Assembly: GCA_016840855.1 (NCBI GenBank)
Contig: JAEORO010000217.1
Span: 1 to 45,131, forward strand
Direction: 5' to 3'
Length of the DNA stretch: 45,131 nt
DNA from: Candidatus Thorarchaeota archaeon
GTDB lineage: Archaea; Asgardarchaeota; Thorarchaeia; Thorarchaeales; Thorarchaeaceae
Part shown: positions 44,741 through 45,131 of the stretch, piece by piece
How positions within the stretch are numbered: position 1 is the stretch's first letter
Layout of the letters: each line of letters opens with the position of its first letter
Made by a program: the position numbers and the translations under genes
Notes under the pieces: model-generated
Told to the model about the DNA's origin: nothing
Seen by the model: the letters and a program-made list of their open reading frames with translations, nothing else
The model's database searches: none

Positions 44741-44911
44741 TTACTCGTACTTGCGGAAACCAAGTTTTTCCGCAGTTTCTCTGAAGCAGCGTCGACACAT
44801 GTTCAGACTATATGATCTAATTATAGCCTGGTGAGTTCCACAGCGGACGCATACTCTGCTGCCTTTGCCCATTTTCTTGCGCTGTTTGGTCCGTTCTTTC
44901 TTCGTACTCAT
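44741..44911 (-). CDS. rps14: 30S ribosomal protein uS14 (56 aa, Zn-binding), not in ORF track
   Basis: Manual translation [56 protein letters not shown]; GAGGTGA SD. Confidence 0.96.
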   Translation of the reverse strand: MSTKKERTKQRKKMGKGSRVCVRCGTHQAIIRSYSLNMCRRCFRETAEKLGFRKYE

Positions 44912-44922
44912 CGTTTATCACC

Positions 44923-45131
44923 TCAGAACAGATATGTCCGCTCACGCTCCTTTTCGAGTATCTCGATTCCAAACTTGTTCTTGACGAAGACCATGCTCTC
45001 TTCTGGAGTCAGGCGATGCCTGTATGGAACCTTCGTCTTTCTTCTTCTTCTGCGCTTCACTCTGAAGCCAGGTCGTTCAATACATACCGTGATGTTCATA
45101 CCCTGAATTCCAAGTTGCGGGTCATACTTCA
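44923..45131 (-). CDS. rpl5: 50S ribosomal protein uL5, 3' part (truncated by window edge)
   Basis: Manual translation KYDPQLGIQGMNITVCIERPGFRVKRRRRRKTKVPYRHRLTPEESMVFVKNKFGIEILEKERERTYLF*. Confidence 0.95.
   Translation of the reverse strand, partial: KYDPQLGIQGMNITVCIERPGFRVKRRRRRKTKVPYRHRLTPEESMVFVKNKFGIEILEKERERTYLF

Noticed and set aside
1-45131. CRISPR arrays, rRNA genes, IS elements, long tandem repeats
   Set aside because: None seen by eye; low-complexity stretches are explained by Pro- or Lys-rich coding sequence.

Overview
Archaeal chromosomal window, very probably from an Asgard archaeon (Thorarchaeia-like), inferred from a Rab-like small GTPase, a longin-domain protein and a two-domain gelsolin next to a typically archaeal core. 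The right third (about 28.7-45.1 kb) is informational core. It holds rps13-rps4-rps11, tiaS, tsr3, a type A RNase P RNA, and the minus-strand spc-type superoperon uL5-uS14-uS8-uL6-eL32-eL19-uL18-uS5-uL30-[hsp20]-uL15-secY-[alpha/alpha-toroid protein]-adk-DUF106-[small TM protein]-eL34-cmk-eL14-cbf5. The left two-thirds mix metabolic and house-cleaning genes with an intron-containing tRNA-Ser(GGA). Two loci stand out. The first is a longin + winged-helix protein resembling the GATOR1 subunit NPRL2, encoded directly upstream of the Rab-like GTPase. The second is an orphan beta-class DNA methyltransferase tightly linked to a catalytically dead MCM-helicase paralogue. Two candidate kink-turn-type RNA elements and two small genes absent from the ORF track (uS14 and a 59-aa membrane protein) were also found. 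No CRISPR array, integrase or transposase is visible. All calls come from motif recognition by eye; no database search was run.
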